Counted from the first letter of the stretch, positions 50,385 to 59,332 are shown. The stretch: DNA of 64,000 bases from a virus (IMGVR_UViG_3300020576_003495:64001-128000), one strand, 5' to 3'. The notes: generated by a model from the sequence alone, not told the origin. Translations and numbers: made by a program.

Positions 50385-50978
50385 GTGTGCAGCATGTTTG
50401 ATTTTTTGCGTATAACGAGTCTTGCTGATGTTCTTTTAGTGTTAGGCGTGTTGATCCTCTTGTTCTCCTTGGGGTACTTTGCACTTGATTTTTACCGAAC
50501 CTTAGCGGGGCTAGCTCGCCGGGGAAAGGACAAGCCACCTGTCGGTGAAGACACAGTACAGGGTCTTGAAGCACAGATAAAAGAACTAGACTTGGCGTTG
50601 TTCATGAATAAGCAGCGGCTTGAGGAAGCCGAAGCAGACCGTGATAACCTAGTCAAGATTAAAGCCCACATGGAGTTGCTAGAGCATCTACTTGGCACAG
50701 CGCAGAACTACATTAAATTGTTGGAAGAACTGCGCGACACGCCAAGCGCACCTGCCCCCGAAGCAGAGAGTTTTGATTTCTTTGCTTTGGTGTCTTCAGC
50801 GCTGGACGATATTGGTACGCCAGAGAACCTGTATGAAGCTGGCGTCTACAATGGCTTGGCTTCAATTCTCAAGGTGTCTGGTGAAGTTGTTGACGTGGTT
50901 GATCCGAAGAAATACCCACAGCCAGCGAAACCGTTTGCGCGTGGAAAAGACGGTCGGTTTTGTAGGGCATCTGCCTGA
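50385..50978 (+). CDS. membrane-anchored coiled-coil protein
   Basis: N-terminal TM; C-terminal RGKDGRF. Confidence 0.55.
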   Translation: MCSMFDFLRITSLADVLLVLGVLILLFSLGYFALDFYRTLAGLARRGKDKPPVGEDTVQGLEAQIKELDLALFMNKQRLEEAEADRDNLVKIKAHMELLEHLLGTAQNYIKLLEELRDTPSAPAPEAESFDFFALVSSALDDIGTPENLYEAGVYNGLASILKVSGEVVDVVDPKKYPQPAKPFARGKDGRFCRASA

Positions 50979-51122
50979 GAATATGCCCCTGTTGGGCGAC
51001 TATAACGGGGTGCAGTTGTGCCGTTTGTGCGTTGCCCCACATAACAGAAATATTTCTTTCATTTAAGATTAGGGGGGTGTATTATCATCCTTCCTATCCC
51101 AATAATAATTGAAGATTTTATA

Positions 51123-51977
51123 ATGACGCCTTTTCCGATAGTTGCGCAGGGTGAGGATTTCTTGCCTGTTGCTGATTCCACAGCAGCTTACTTCCAAACG
51201 GTAACACGAGAAGACGCCCTTGCTGCAATAAAGCAGCTTTCACAGCAAGAATCTGAGGATTGGTTCAACATCGGCAGGGTTCTTTCAGCCTATAGGTCAG
51301 GCAGGACAGACTCCGAGTGGAACGATCTTCTGTCCTACGCGGAAGACAATTTTCAGGTCAACAAGCGCAAAGCTTATTATCTGATCGGAATTTACGAAAG
51401 CCTATCCAAGAGCAACATTGCCGTAGAACAAGTTAAGCAGATTGGTTGGACGAAGCTTAAGGAAATCGCCCACCTACTCACACAGGACAACGTTGAGTAC
51501 TGGGTTCAGATTGCCACAGAAAACTCTACAAAGAGCCTCTTAGCACTGCTTAAATCGAAGGCTACAGCAGACTCCAAAGTAGCGGTGATGCTGGACTCGC
51601 ACCTGTCAGATACGAACGCGGACGATCCTGTAACACCTTCACCCGATTTTAGTGCCGCTGATGACGTAGCTGAAGACGGCAACTATGTTAACGGCGCGGA
51701 TACTTATTTTGTTAGCCCTGTTGTGGGGGTTGATCTAGCCTCGGGGGCTGATATAACGGCAGTTTTTGTTGGAACCACGGATGGTGGTGGGGAGGTATTT
51801 GTACATGAACATGCTGTTTTACCTGTTGAAGTACCGACTGAACACGACACTACCGAACATGCCAGTCTTGTCGCCGGTGCCGTTGGAGTCCTCAAACAGT
51901 ACAGCGCCAATGACGTTATCAAAGCCGTGTCGGAACTATTTCCTAATATGAAGATTGTGGCTAAGGGGGTTATTTAG
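51123..51977 (+). CDS. paralogue family member 2
   Basis: RKAYYLIGIYESL...IGWTKL. Confidence 0.65.
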   Translation: MTPFPIVAQGEDFLPVADSTAAYFQTVTREDALAAIKQLSQQESEDWFNIGRVLSAYRSGRTDSEWNDLLSYAEDNFQVNKRKAYYLIGIYESLSKSNIAVEQVKQIGWTKLKEIAHLLTQDNVEYWVQIATENSTKSLLALLKSKATADSKVAVMLDSHLSDTNADDPVTPSPDFSAADDVAEDGNYVNGADTYFVSPVVGVDLASGADITAVFVGTTDGGGEVFVHEHAVLPVEVPTEHDTTEHASLVAGAVGVLKQYSANDVIKAVSELFPNMKIVAKGVI

Positions 51978-52610
51978 ATGTCCGCACTGTTACCACACTA
52001 CCCACAAGAATTGACCTTCGAATACCAGAATCTAGCGAAGCTTTCCAAACCAGAGATACTGAATCTGCTGTCTTTCCTCACGGAGAAGATTAGCCGTTCG
52101 TTTATCATGATGGGGGGCTTGTTGCACACCATACGCAAGAACAAATGGTACAACCCAGACTACCCCAACTTCCAAGACTTTTGTGATGCTTACGCGGAAA
52201 TACAGTACCGCAAGGCCATGTACCTGATTACGATCTACGAGTCACTGGTGAACAACCATATCCCGTTTGAAGAAGCCGTCAAGTTAGGGTACACGAAACT
52301 CGTTTTGTTGGCACCCTACTTCACGCAGGAAAACTACGAAAGCGTCATATCGTGGGCACTTCCGCTGAAGACTTTGCAGGTTGAAACCGCTTTAGCGGGG
52401 ATGTCCAAGACCGCAAAAGATTTTATTGACAAGGTTTCCAGTGCGTCTACGCTTGAGCCGAGCTACAAAGAGCCGAAACAGGAAGCACCCGAGTTGCCAC
52501 ACCTTAAGACGTATCTGCTGACCACACCTTTAGCTTTGGTGGTCGAGGCTTTGAATGTTCTGCATCCTGATAAGGGCTACGTACTCATTTCAGAAGAGCT
52601 ATTTGCTTGA
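51978..52610 (+). CDS. paralogue family member 3
   Basis: RKAMYLITIYESL...LGYTKL. Confidence 0.65.
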   Translation: MSALLPHYPQELTFEYQNLAKLSKPEILNLLSFLTEKISRSFIMMGGLLHTIRKNKWYNPDYPNFQDFCDAYAEIQYRKAMYLITIYESLVNNHIPFEEAVKLGYTKLVLLAPYFTQENYESVISWALPLKTLQVETALAGMSKTAKDFIDKVSSASTLEPSYKEPKQEAPELPHLKTYLLTTPLALVVEALNVLHPDKGYVLISEELFA

Positions 52611-52963
52611 CAAATTAGGTAGTTTGTTGTAAAGTATAGTCATACTCACGGAGGGTTGACAAATGGCAAGCATCAGCAAAATTGTAAATCATATCGAGCA
52701 GCTACAAGAAGACGCAGTAGTTCCCTATTACAAGGAACTGTACTCACGAATCCTTAGCGCTTTGCGTTTTAACGACTTGCGAGCCGCGTTGTGCATCGCT
52801 GAGTCAGGTATATCGGGGGCTGATGAGGATCGTAGTTGGGATTCACAGGTAACGTCTGTAATCAACGCCATAGACGGTACCTTGGAACACTACGGAATCC
52901 CGCTCTAATCGTAATGTGCCTTCCGGTGGTGTAGAATAGGGCATCCAAACGAGCGGTGACCCT

Positions 52964-53338
52964 ATGAAGCAGATGTGCCTTTACTACGCCCTTGATAAGT
53001 GGCAGGAAGAAGGGGGCTACATTCTGTTTAGAAAAAACACGGATTGGTGCATCCCACATGCGCTGCACTTAGACCCGAAAACCAGTAAGCTGACGCACTA
53101 CGTCCCAAAGCAGGGGTTGGCCTATCCATGGTATACCATGTTTGGTTTCGACGGCTACGTTCAGTTTGGGGATTTGGAGAAAGCCACACCCCTAGACACG
53201 CCTTGTATTGTTTTTGGTTCGTTGTGGTTGTCGTTCTTTACTTGCGTCTGGTTTGTTTCACGGCTATTTACCCGGCGAAACAAGAGGCGTGCCGACAGGG
53301 TGAAGTTTTGGGTCGGTAAGGATAGGCGCAGCCATTAA
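52964..53338 (+). CDS. hypothetical membrane protein
   Basis: C-terminal TM; terminator follows. Confidence 0.5.
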   Translation: MKQMCLYYALDKWQEEGGYILFRKNTDWCIPHALHLDPKTSKLTHYVPKQGLAYPWYTMFGFDGYVQFGDLEKATPLDTPCIVFGSLWLSFFTCVWFVSRLFTRRNKRRADRVKFWVGKDRRSH

Positions 53339-53375
53339 AAAAACCTGCCGAAGCAGGTTTATTTTGCAAGTAATT

Positions 53376-53693
53376 TCAACTGCCTTTGGTGCCGTTAATC
53401 GACGCCATTATGTCGCTGTGCAGTTTTGACAGGGTATTAAGTGTCCACAGGAATACTTCGGGGTTCCTTTGATGGACTTCTTTACAGTTGGGGCAGTCAG
53501 TGCCCAGCGGAGTAACTTCAAACCCGCGTGGTTTTTCTTCATCAAGTTCCTTGAGCGCCACAGTACCACACGTATTGCATAGGCCCAAAAAGAAGTGTCC
53601 CTTGTCTTCTGACAGTCCTTTGTCCTTGGCGAAGTTTGTTACTATTTCATCGTAGCGGCTGGTCATCGTTTCTCTCTCCATAAAAGCAGTCAT
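53376..53693 (-). CDS. zinc-binding hypothetical protein (rare minus-strand gene)
   Basis: CNTC...CPNC; convergent hairpin at 53340-53361. Confidence 0.55.
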   Translation of the reverse strand: MTAFMERETMTSRYDEIVTNFAKDKGLSEDKGHFFLGLCNTCGTVALKELDEEKPRGFEVTPLGTDCPNCKEVHQRNPEVFLWTLNTLSKLHSDIMASINGTKGS

Positions 53694-53782
53694 TATAGGT
53701 TCGCACTTGTTTTTGTCAAGGCTGAGTCTTGTTATCGTGTAAGTTTAAGTGTACACTGCCGAAAAATAGCTTGGGGGCGATC

Positions 53783-54508
53783 ATGGGCAGTAAACAACAC
53801 ACTTTCCCGAAGATAGAAAATCTTCCACCACAAATAAAAATCAAGCTGGACGCTATGCTGTTCGATAAGAAGGGAGTAACAGCAGGGGCTAAGTTCTTAG
53901 CCACACTGATTGAGTTCCCAAGTTACCAGAGTTGTTACGCCTATGTGCGTGATTACAAAGAACATTTAGCAAAAGCTTACGAAGAAAATAAACTACTCCC
54001 CCCAACGCTTGTTGAGATAACCAAGGCCAATGTATTAGAAGCCATAGACCTTACGCACAAACAGGCTATGGAAGCGTCAGACTTGATGCAGCAGGTAAGA
54101 GCAAACGAGCAGTCTTTGGAGTACGTGCGGGATTTCACAGCGCTGCAAGAAATGACGCTACTGGCGTTCATACAAAAAGAACGTACACTGAAGCTTTACG
54201 CGCAAGAAAAAGCATCAACTACGGCAGAGGGGTTCATTTCCCCTGTTTGCGGTTTGCGGGATCAACTGGAATCTACGTTCGCCATGTTCTCAAAGATAGC
54301 TCAACTCCAAATGGACTTGGGTATTCTTGAAAAGACAGAGAAGGATTCCAAGGGTCTGAACGTAGTTGCCAAACAGCAACAGGAAGCGTTGATAAAACGG
54401 TTCAAGCAGCAACAGCACCTAAACGACTTAACCACACGTGCCTTGGAAGTCATTCTGGAAGATGGTGATGGTGGGGACGACGATCAACCCGAGCCAACAG
54501 AAGGGTGA
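53783..54508 (+). CDS. hypothetical protein (possibly terminase small subunit-like)
   Basis: N-terminal KIENLP...LD..L helix-turn and coiled coil; weak. Confidence 0.35.
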   Translation: MGSKQHTFPKIENLPPQIKIKLDAMLFDKKGVTAGAKFLATLIEFPSYQSCYAYVRDYKEHLAKAYEENKLLPPTLVEITKANVLEAIDLTHKQAMEASDLMQQVRANEQSLEYVRDFTALQEMTLLAFIQKERTLKLYAQEKASTTAEGFISPVCGLRDQLESTFAMFSKIAQLQMDLGILEKTEKDSKGLNVVAKQQQEALIKRFKQQQHLNDLTTRALEVILEDGDGGDDDQPEPTEG

Positions 54509-54514
54509 TACCCC

Positions 54515-54832
54515 ATGTTTTTATTAGATCAGCTTGTAGCCGCGTCAAAAAACTCAGTCTCCAAGGCAAAGAGGAAGCCGACGATAAGGAAAAAGTCTTC
54601 TGGACTAACCCAACGTGAGCAGGATCATCTTGATGCGTTAATTGCGATGGGTGGCCGGGGGACAACAACTGACATCGGGTTTAGAGTAGCGGGACTCTAC
54701 TACAGCGGGTTGATGTACCTAAGAAAGCTTGAGGCCAAAGGATTTGTCCGTGTTGTGGGTGCTGTTGATCGGGACGGGTCTAACCCCCCCTACATATGGG
54801 AAGTCGTTGATGCAGAAAAACAACACTCTTAG
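54515..54832 (+). CDS. winged-helix DNA-binding protein
   Basis: LTQREQ..LD.L...YLRKLEAKGFV. Confidence 0.6.
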   Translation: MFLLDQLVAASKNSVSKAKRKPTIRKKSSGLTQREQDHLDALIAMGGRGTTTDIGFRVAGLYYSGLMYLRKLEAKGFVRVVGAVDRDGSNPPYIWEVVDAEKQHS

Positions 54833-54860
54833 TCCCCACAAAAATAATTTCAAAAAATAG

Positions 54861-55133
54861 TTGACACTTCGTTTTTAGGTGAGTTACCATAGCAACACTT
54901 CTGGGGGATTCCTCAGAGCTAATCGGATCAGAACCATGTTTTCACTGCTGCATTCACGACTTGAAAAACCACTAAGCCCCAAAAGGGCCGCGTGTGCTAC
55001 CACTTCGTTTATTAGTCAGGAGAATTATGATTGGTCTGGTTGTGGGCTTGTAGGGATGGGATAAAACTCACCCCCTCTAACTCTAAAAAGAGAAGCCCAA
55101 GACCCTAACGGATTTTGGGCTTTTCCCATTTTT
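54861..55133 (+). promoter_or_regulatory. promoter, leader peptide and transcription attenuator upstream of the tRNA array
   Basis: TTGACA...TACCAT; ORF 54936-55064; alternative AAGCCC/GGGCTT pairings; terminator 55092-55133. Confidence 0.65.
54936..55064 (+). CDS. leader peptide (42 aa, all 20 amino acids)
   Basis: MFSLLHSRLEKPLSPKRAACATTSFISQENYDWSGCGLVGMG. Confidence 0.6.
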   Translation: MFSLLHSRLEKPLSPKRAACATTSFISQENYDWSGCGLVGMG

Positions 55134-55165
55134 GCAACATGAAATGAAGTTTTTGAAGAAAGTGC

Positions 55166-55194
55166 TTGACAAATGGTTTGATGTTCTGTAGAAT
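55166..55194 (+). promoter_or_regulatory. sigma70-type promoter of the RNA island
   Basis: TTGACA-N17-TAGAAT with extended TG. Confidence 0.75.
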
Positions 55195-55692
55195 GCGAAC
55201 TGTTGAATCAAGAAAGGAAGCAAGATGCAAAAAGAATGGATGCGGAGAATTTTCCGCTAGTAGTAACAGTGGATGCGCAACGAGGGTGCATACCCCACTT
55301 AAAACATGGTAGAACGGGCGGGACTTAGGATCGTAACCCTAGTGTGGGCGAAAAGATCAAGTTCATAAGCAAGCACCTTGCGACAATAGCGAGCAGCGAT
55401 AGGGTAGGTCAGATTTTGCCAGACTTCGGGGATTTCATGATAACGCCTGACAATAGTTCGCAGCGATAGCAGGATGCTTCCTTATAAAGAAAAACGTCGC
55501 GGAGTGATAACAACGGGTGCCTAATATTGGCCGATGTGACACCACCAACGAGCCGCTAGCAGCGGTCAAGGGGATGAAAAGTCTCCACCAGTAAAACAAC
55601 TTGTGAAGGTTGAGGTCGACTCAGGACACACCTTTGCGGATTGATCGGAGCAGGTTGTTTTACTGAATACCTTCGCAAGAGGGTGTTGTTTC

Positions 55693-55772
55693 GGGGATGG
55701 GGACTGCTTGGTGTGGTCGCTTCACTGTCAATGAAGATATTCAGGCGAGTTCGAATCTCGTCATTCCCGCCA
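55693..55772 (+). tRNA. tRNA-Asp(GTC)
   Basis: CTTCA-CTGTCAA-TGAAG; CCA. Confidence 0.9.
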
Positions 55773-55781
55773 CAGGAAATT

Positions 55782-55868
55782 GGGTTAGAAGCCGTAATGG
55801 TATGGCCCCGGACTGTAAATCCGAGAGCGTGGCTGCACGAGTTGGTTCGATTCCAACCTAACCCACCA
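55782..55868 (+). tRNA. tRNA-Tyr(GTA)
   Basis: Loop CTGTAAA, long variable arm, CCA. Confidence 0.9.
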
Positions 55869-55903
55869 TTGACATTCTTTACAGAGTGCAGTATTCTGTA
55901 ATT

Positions 55904-56308
55904 ATGAAAATATGCACATCCTGCAAGCAAGAGCTTCCTTCGGAAGCGTTTTATAAGAACGCCGTTACGCTGGACGGTCTAGGTTCTCAGTGCAAGCGTT
56001 GCGACGGCGCGGGTAAGCAAGTTAAAGCTAGAGAAAATAAGCGCCGTCTTGTTGATGCTTTTGGCGGTTGTTGTAGCGTCTGCGGATACAGTAAATCCCT
56101 ACAAGTTCTACAGTTTCATCACCACGAGCCTAACAAAGAACGTGGTGTGTCTGATTTACTTAGGAATAAATACGAAGTAGCACTGGCCGAAGCTAAAAAG
56201 TGTATCTTGCTTTGCTCTAACTGTCATTTGGAATTACATGAAAAAGAGAGGCCACCATTAGTATATGGTGCTACTCGTAGGGGTAGGTCTAAAACAGTGG
56301 TATGCTAG
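55904..56308 (+). CDS. HNH homing endonuclease
   Basis: CTSC...CKRC, CSVCG, FHH, LLCSNCH..LH. Confidence 0.85.
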   Translation: MKICTSCKQELPSEAFYKNAVTLDGLGSQCKRCDGAGKQVKARENKRRLVDAFGGCCSVCGYSKSLQVLQFHHHEPNKERGVSDLLRNKYEVALAEAKKCILLCSNCHLELHEKERPPLVYGATRRGRSKTVVC

Positions 56309-56341
56309 ACATAGGGGGTTCGATTCCCTCACCCACCACCA
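56308..56341 (+). pseudogene. 3' half of a disrupted tRNA-Tyr
   Basis: T-arm plus ACCCACC-A-CCA (Tyr-type acceptor). Confidence 0.75.
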
Positions 56342-56345
56342 GAAT

Positions 56346-56890
56346 TCGCTTGGTTAGCGAAGTAGTCAGAGCACAACTGACGATAACTCAAACGTGGGAG
56401 ATGCCGTCACCTTAATAGGCAACCGTGGATGTCAGGGAGTCTGGCTCACTAAATCACTGGTAGAAGGATGTTGATTAGATACTCATCTGAATAAGGTCTT
56501 AGGGATTTGATCACCCTATCTCTACGGGTACCAGAGAGAGAAGCACTAACCATGCAGATCACCTTATTTTGTCCAACAGGGTCGCCCCCTGTAAGCAAAG
56601 CCTTGATTGATCATCAAGGTACTCCAAGGTCGTCCAATGGGAAGATACCCTGCATTTTGCGCGGGGAGATGCGGGTTTCGAAGTCCTGCCCTAAACGGAG
56701 TCAAGAACAGCGTAACGCTTACGGTGTAAATCCGAAGCTTCGTGGGCTAATCTACCCCCACTGAGGTTATCCCCACCAAGAAACAGAAGGGGCAGAATTT
56801 GTCGTTAATCAGAAAAGAATGCAGTTAGCCGAATAACCGGACTCTACTTGTAGAGCGACAGTGAAAGCCTGTACCGGGAGACACTAAGTA
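56346..56890 (+). ncRNA. large (~540 nt) structured ncRNA candidate with an embedded tRNA-like domain
   Basis: Terminal CTTGGT/ACTAAG pairing, many hairpins, cloverleaf at 56621-56701, no convincing ORF. Confidence 0.55.
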
Positions 56891-56896
56891 TTATAC

Positions 56897-56923
56897 GGGG
56901 GTATGGCTCAATTGGCACAGCAC
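56897..56923 (+). pseudogene. 5' half of a disrupted tRNA-Ala
   Basis: GGGGGTA-TG-GCTCAATTGGCACAGC. Confidence 0.65.
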
Positions 56924-56940
56924 TTATGGTATACTAGGGT

Positions 56941-57417
56941 ATGAGTTATATATTTGTACCCGCCCCTGAGAATTACCCCGGAACGATCTACCAGTACGGT
57001 AATAGAATTTTAGAACACCATTTAGTGTGGTGGTTGTCTACGGGGTTACTTGTTCCAGATGGTTACGTTTTGCACCATAAAGACGAAGACCCAACTAACA
57101 ATGAATTTAGTAACTTGGAGTTGATGCTTGAGGGTGACCATATCCGCCACCACAACACACAGCACACCATTGCTAGATTTGTATGCCGTAGGTGCGGAAA
57201 TACGTTTGACCGAAATACCAGAGTTATTTCTGATGGGTCAAAACATATCTATTGCTCAAAAAGGTGTTCAGCGCTCAGCACATCAGGAAGATGCCGCCTT
57301 AGCGAAGATATGAAGGAAAAAGTGCGGTTGCTTAGAATTTCTGGTGGGTCGACTAGAAGTATTTCCAGAGAGTTAGGTATTAGTCGCAACACTGTGATGA
57401 AGTATTGGGGGATATAG
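56941..57417 (+). CDS. HNH homing endonuclease
   Basis: EHHLVW, LHHKDEDPTNN..SNLE, CxxC, HTH. Confidence 0.85.
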   Translation: MSYIFVPAPENYPGTIYQYGNRILEHHLVWWLSTGLLVPDGYVLHHKDEDPTNNEFSNLELMLEGDHIRHHNTQHTIARFVCRRCGNTFDRNTRVISDGSKHIYCSKRCSALSTSGRCRLSEDMKEKVRLLRISGGSTRSISRELGISRNTVMKYWGI

Positions 57418-57478
57418 ATGGGCTAAACAACTGATTTGCAATCAGTTAGGGACGGATCGTTACCGTCATTCTCCACCA
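57407..57478 (+). tRNA. tRNA-Ala(TGC), divergent, overlapping the HNH stop codon
   Basis: G3:U70; ACTGA-TTTGCAA-TCAGT; reduced D-arm; T-loop ATCGTTA. Confidence 0.75.
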
Positions 57479-57578
57479 AGTTTCAAGCTAGACGGCAAGA
57501 TTGAGCTACGGGTGCTCTCTTGTTCGTGACAAGCCAGTAAGGCTCCCCAAAAGAGATAGCTGGTCGCTTTTTTACAAT

Positions 57579-57662
57579 GCGAGTGTGGCGTAATTGGTAG
57601 CCGCAGCGGTTTTAGAAGCCGCCGTTAATTCGTGGTGGGTTCGACTCCCCCCACTCGCACCA
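57579..57662 (+). tRNA. tRNA-Leu(TAG)
   Basis: GCGGT-TTTAGAA-GCCGC; CCA. Confidence 0.9.
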
Positions 57663-57670
57663 AGTTTTAT

Positions 57671-57748
57671 CTACCTGTCGCCTAGTCTGGTATGGCCCCT
57701 GATTTGGGATCAGGCATAACCTCAGTTCAAATCTGAGCAGGTAGACCA
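57671..57748 (+). tRNA. tRNA-Pro(TGG)
   Basis: CCTGA-TTTGGGA-TCAGG; CCA. Confidence 0.9.
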
Positions 57749-57829
57749 GAATACTCCGTCATTGCGACTTGCACAGCAGCAGTGCCGGGAAAGGCAGTGT
57801 GCAAGCTGCCTGAGAGTTTTATTAGATTT

Positions 57830-57905
57830 GCCCCCTAAGCACATGTGGACGTGTGTCAGTCTCCAAAACTGAAGGTAGGCGGTTCGAGGCCGTCAGGGGG
57901 TGCCA
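57830..57905 (+). tRNA. tRNA-Trp(CCA)
   Basis: TCAGT-CTCCAAA-ACTGA; CCA. Confidence 0.88.
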
Positions 57906-57928
57906 ATGAAAGTAATTGCAAATACCCA

Positions 57929-57957
57929 TTGACAAATCGGGGGAGCTTTTATATAAT
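57929..57957 (+). promoter_or_regulatory. consensus sigma70 promoter for ncRNA copy 1
   Basis: TTGACA-N17-TATAAT. Confidence 0.85.
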
Positions 57958-57968
57958 TAGTAAAACAC

Positions 57969-58311
57969 TGTTAGATGCGTGTTTTTGGAGGTGGGCTTAG
58001 AAGCAGCCATCCTTAATGAGTAGGGCAAGTGCTGTATGCGGATACACATAGGCTGAGAAGGGCATCATTCAGGCCGAAAAGTTCAATAGGGTTTTGTGTG
58101 GATTCTTAGGGAGGCTGGCGTTAGGCCAGATAGCCGAAAGACGAAGCAAAATCACGCCAAGGCAGCTTCGCAAACTGCTGAAGGAATGGGAGTAGCACTC
58201 CCTGAGAACGAATGGGCGTACAGGGCCACACAGCTAGTATCAAGGGGAAGTTGCCGGTAATCCCCACGATCCCTTTTGGCGTGACAGCACACCAAGAATA
58301 CGCATCTAACA
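57969..58311 (+). ncRNA. 23S uL11-binding-domain-mimic ncRNA, copy 1
   Basis: 20-bp closing stem; GGCTTAGAAGCAGCCATCC (H43) and GCGTGACAGCACAC (H44). Confidence 0.8.
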
Positions 58312-58326
58312 CTGTTGTAAAAAGTT

Positions 58327-58366
58327 TGGCGAGGAGGTTGTTGGTTACCAGACAGGCTCATAACCT
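58327..58366 (+). pseudogene. 5' half of a disrupted tRNA-Met(CAT)
   Basis: Acceptor strand, D-arm, CAGG-CTCATAA-CCT then breaks off. Confidence 0.75.
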
Positions 58367-58405
58367 TTTTCGCTAGTTGTGTTATGATACCCGTGGGGGT
58401 ATGCA

Positions 58406-58858
58406 ATGACACACTTACTATGTTGCAGTTGTAAAGAAAGCAAGCCTTTAGCTAGCTTTTCCAAAGACAAGAGTTCAAAGCGTGGGTACGCTAGTAAATG
58501 TAAAGACTGCCATAATACCTACGTGCGTACTGTGTGGTACCCAAAGAACAAGGATAAGCAGGTAGCGTCTGTTGCTCGTTTTAAAACAGCCAACAGACTG
58601 AAAGAAATCGCTTGGCGGCACGGTGTTCCGTTAGCGGATGTAGAAGAAGCAATAGAGCGCAGTTCTGGGGCTTGTGAAAGCTGCGGTTCCACTGTCTCTG
58701 TTGTGCTAGACCACTGCCACACCACGTCTAAAGTTAGAGGCGTCTTGTGCATGCGTTGTAATACAGTTTTAGGTAGGCTAGGGGATTCTTACGAGAGTGT
58801 TAAACAGCACATGGAGAGTTTGCTGGCCTATTTGGAAAAAAGTTTCGCGGGTGAGTGA
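58406..58858 (+). CDS. endonuclease VII-type homing endonuclease
   Basis: CESC...DHCHTTSKVRGVLCMRCN..LG. Confidence 0.85.
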   Translation: MTHLLCCSCKESKPLASFSKDKSSKRGYASKCKDCHNTYVRTVWYPKNKDKQVASVARFKTANRLKEIAWRHGVPLADVEEAIERSSGACESCGSTVSVVLDHCHTTSKVRGVLCMRCNTVLGRLGDSYESVKQHMESLLAYLEKSFAGE

Positions 58859-58923
58859 AACGTCTTACACAATGGGTTCATATCCCATTAACAGCAGGGT
58901 TAGACTCCCTGTACCCGCAACCA
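58846..58923 (+). tRNA. initiator tRNA-fMet(CAT), overlapping the endonuclease stop codon
   Basis: C1:A72 mismatch; GGG/CCC anticodon stem; CCA. Confidence 0.85.
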
Positions 58924-58925
58924 GT

Positions 58926-59052
58926 TTCTGTGGCGTAAATAACGATTTCCTCAATGCCAATGAAGTAACGTGGGTTCGAATCCCATCGGCTCGTAAGGGC
59001 TGTCGTCTAGTGGTTAGGACACTAAAAATTTCGTTGTTGCTTGTTCCCAGAA
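58926..59052 (+). ncRNA. YrlA-like Y RNA (permuted tRNA mimic)
   Basis: T-arm, loop-closed acceptor stem and D-arm inside a terminal bulged stem ending CTTGTTCC. Confidence 0.7.
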
Positions 59053-59332
59053 TTAAACAAAGGCCAGAAGCCTAAGTAGTTCCCCGAGCATACGGTAAAC
59101 GTGGGGTTCCCTTGAACAGACTGTTCTTCAACTTCTGTTCGGGGGGATCATGCGACAGTTTTACGGTGTGTGCTTTCGTGCCGGTTCTACTAGAATCAAA
59201 ATTTTATCAAAGCATAGAACCTTGGTGGGGGCTAGGAAAGCCTCAAAATCACTAAAGGTCAGCAGTTGTATTTACAGAATTACGTGGGGGCTTGTTCCTG
59301 TGTTCATAGAAGGATCACCCCAGTAGCAGATT

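Noticed and set aside
322-52000. Numerous minus-strand and nested ORFs in the ORF track
   Set aside because: Shadow ORFs of well-supported + strand genes.
32920-58923. Group I/II introns in tRNA genes
   Set aside because: No catalytic-core sequence fits between the remnant and the nuclease ORF; usually only one half remains and a complete replacement tRNA is present.
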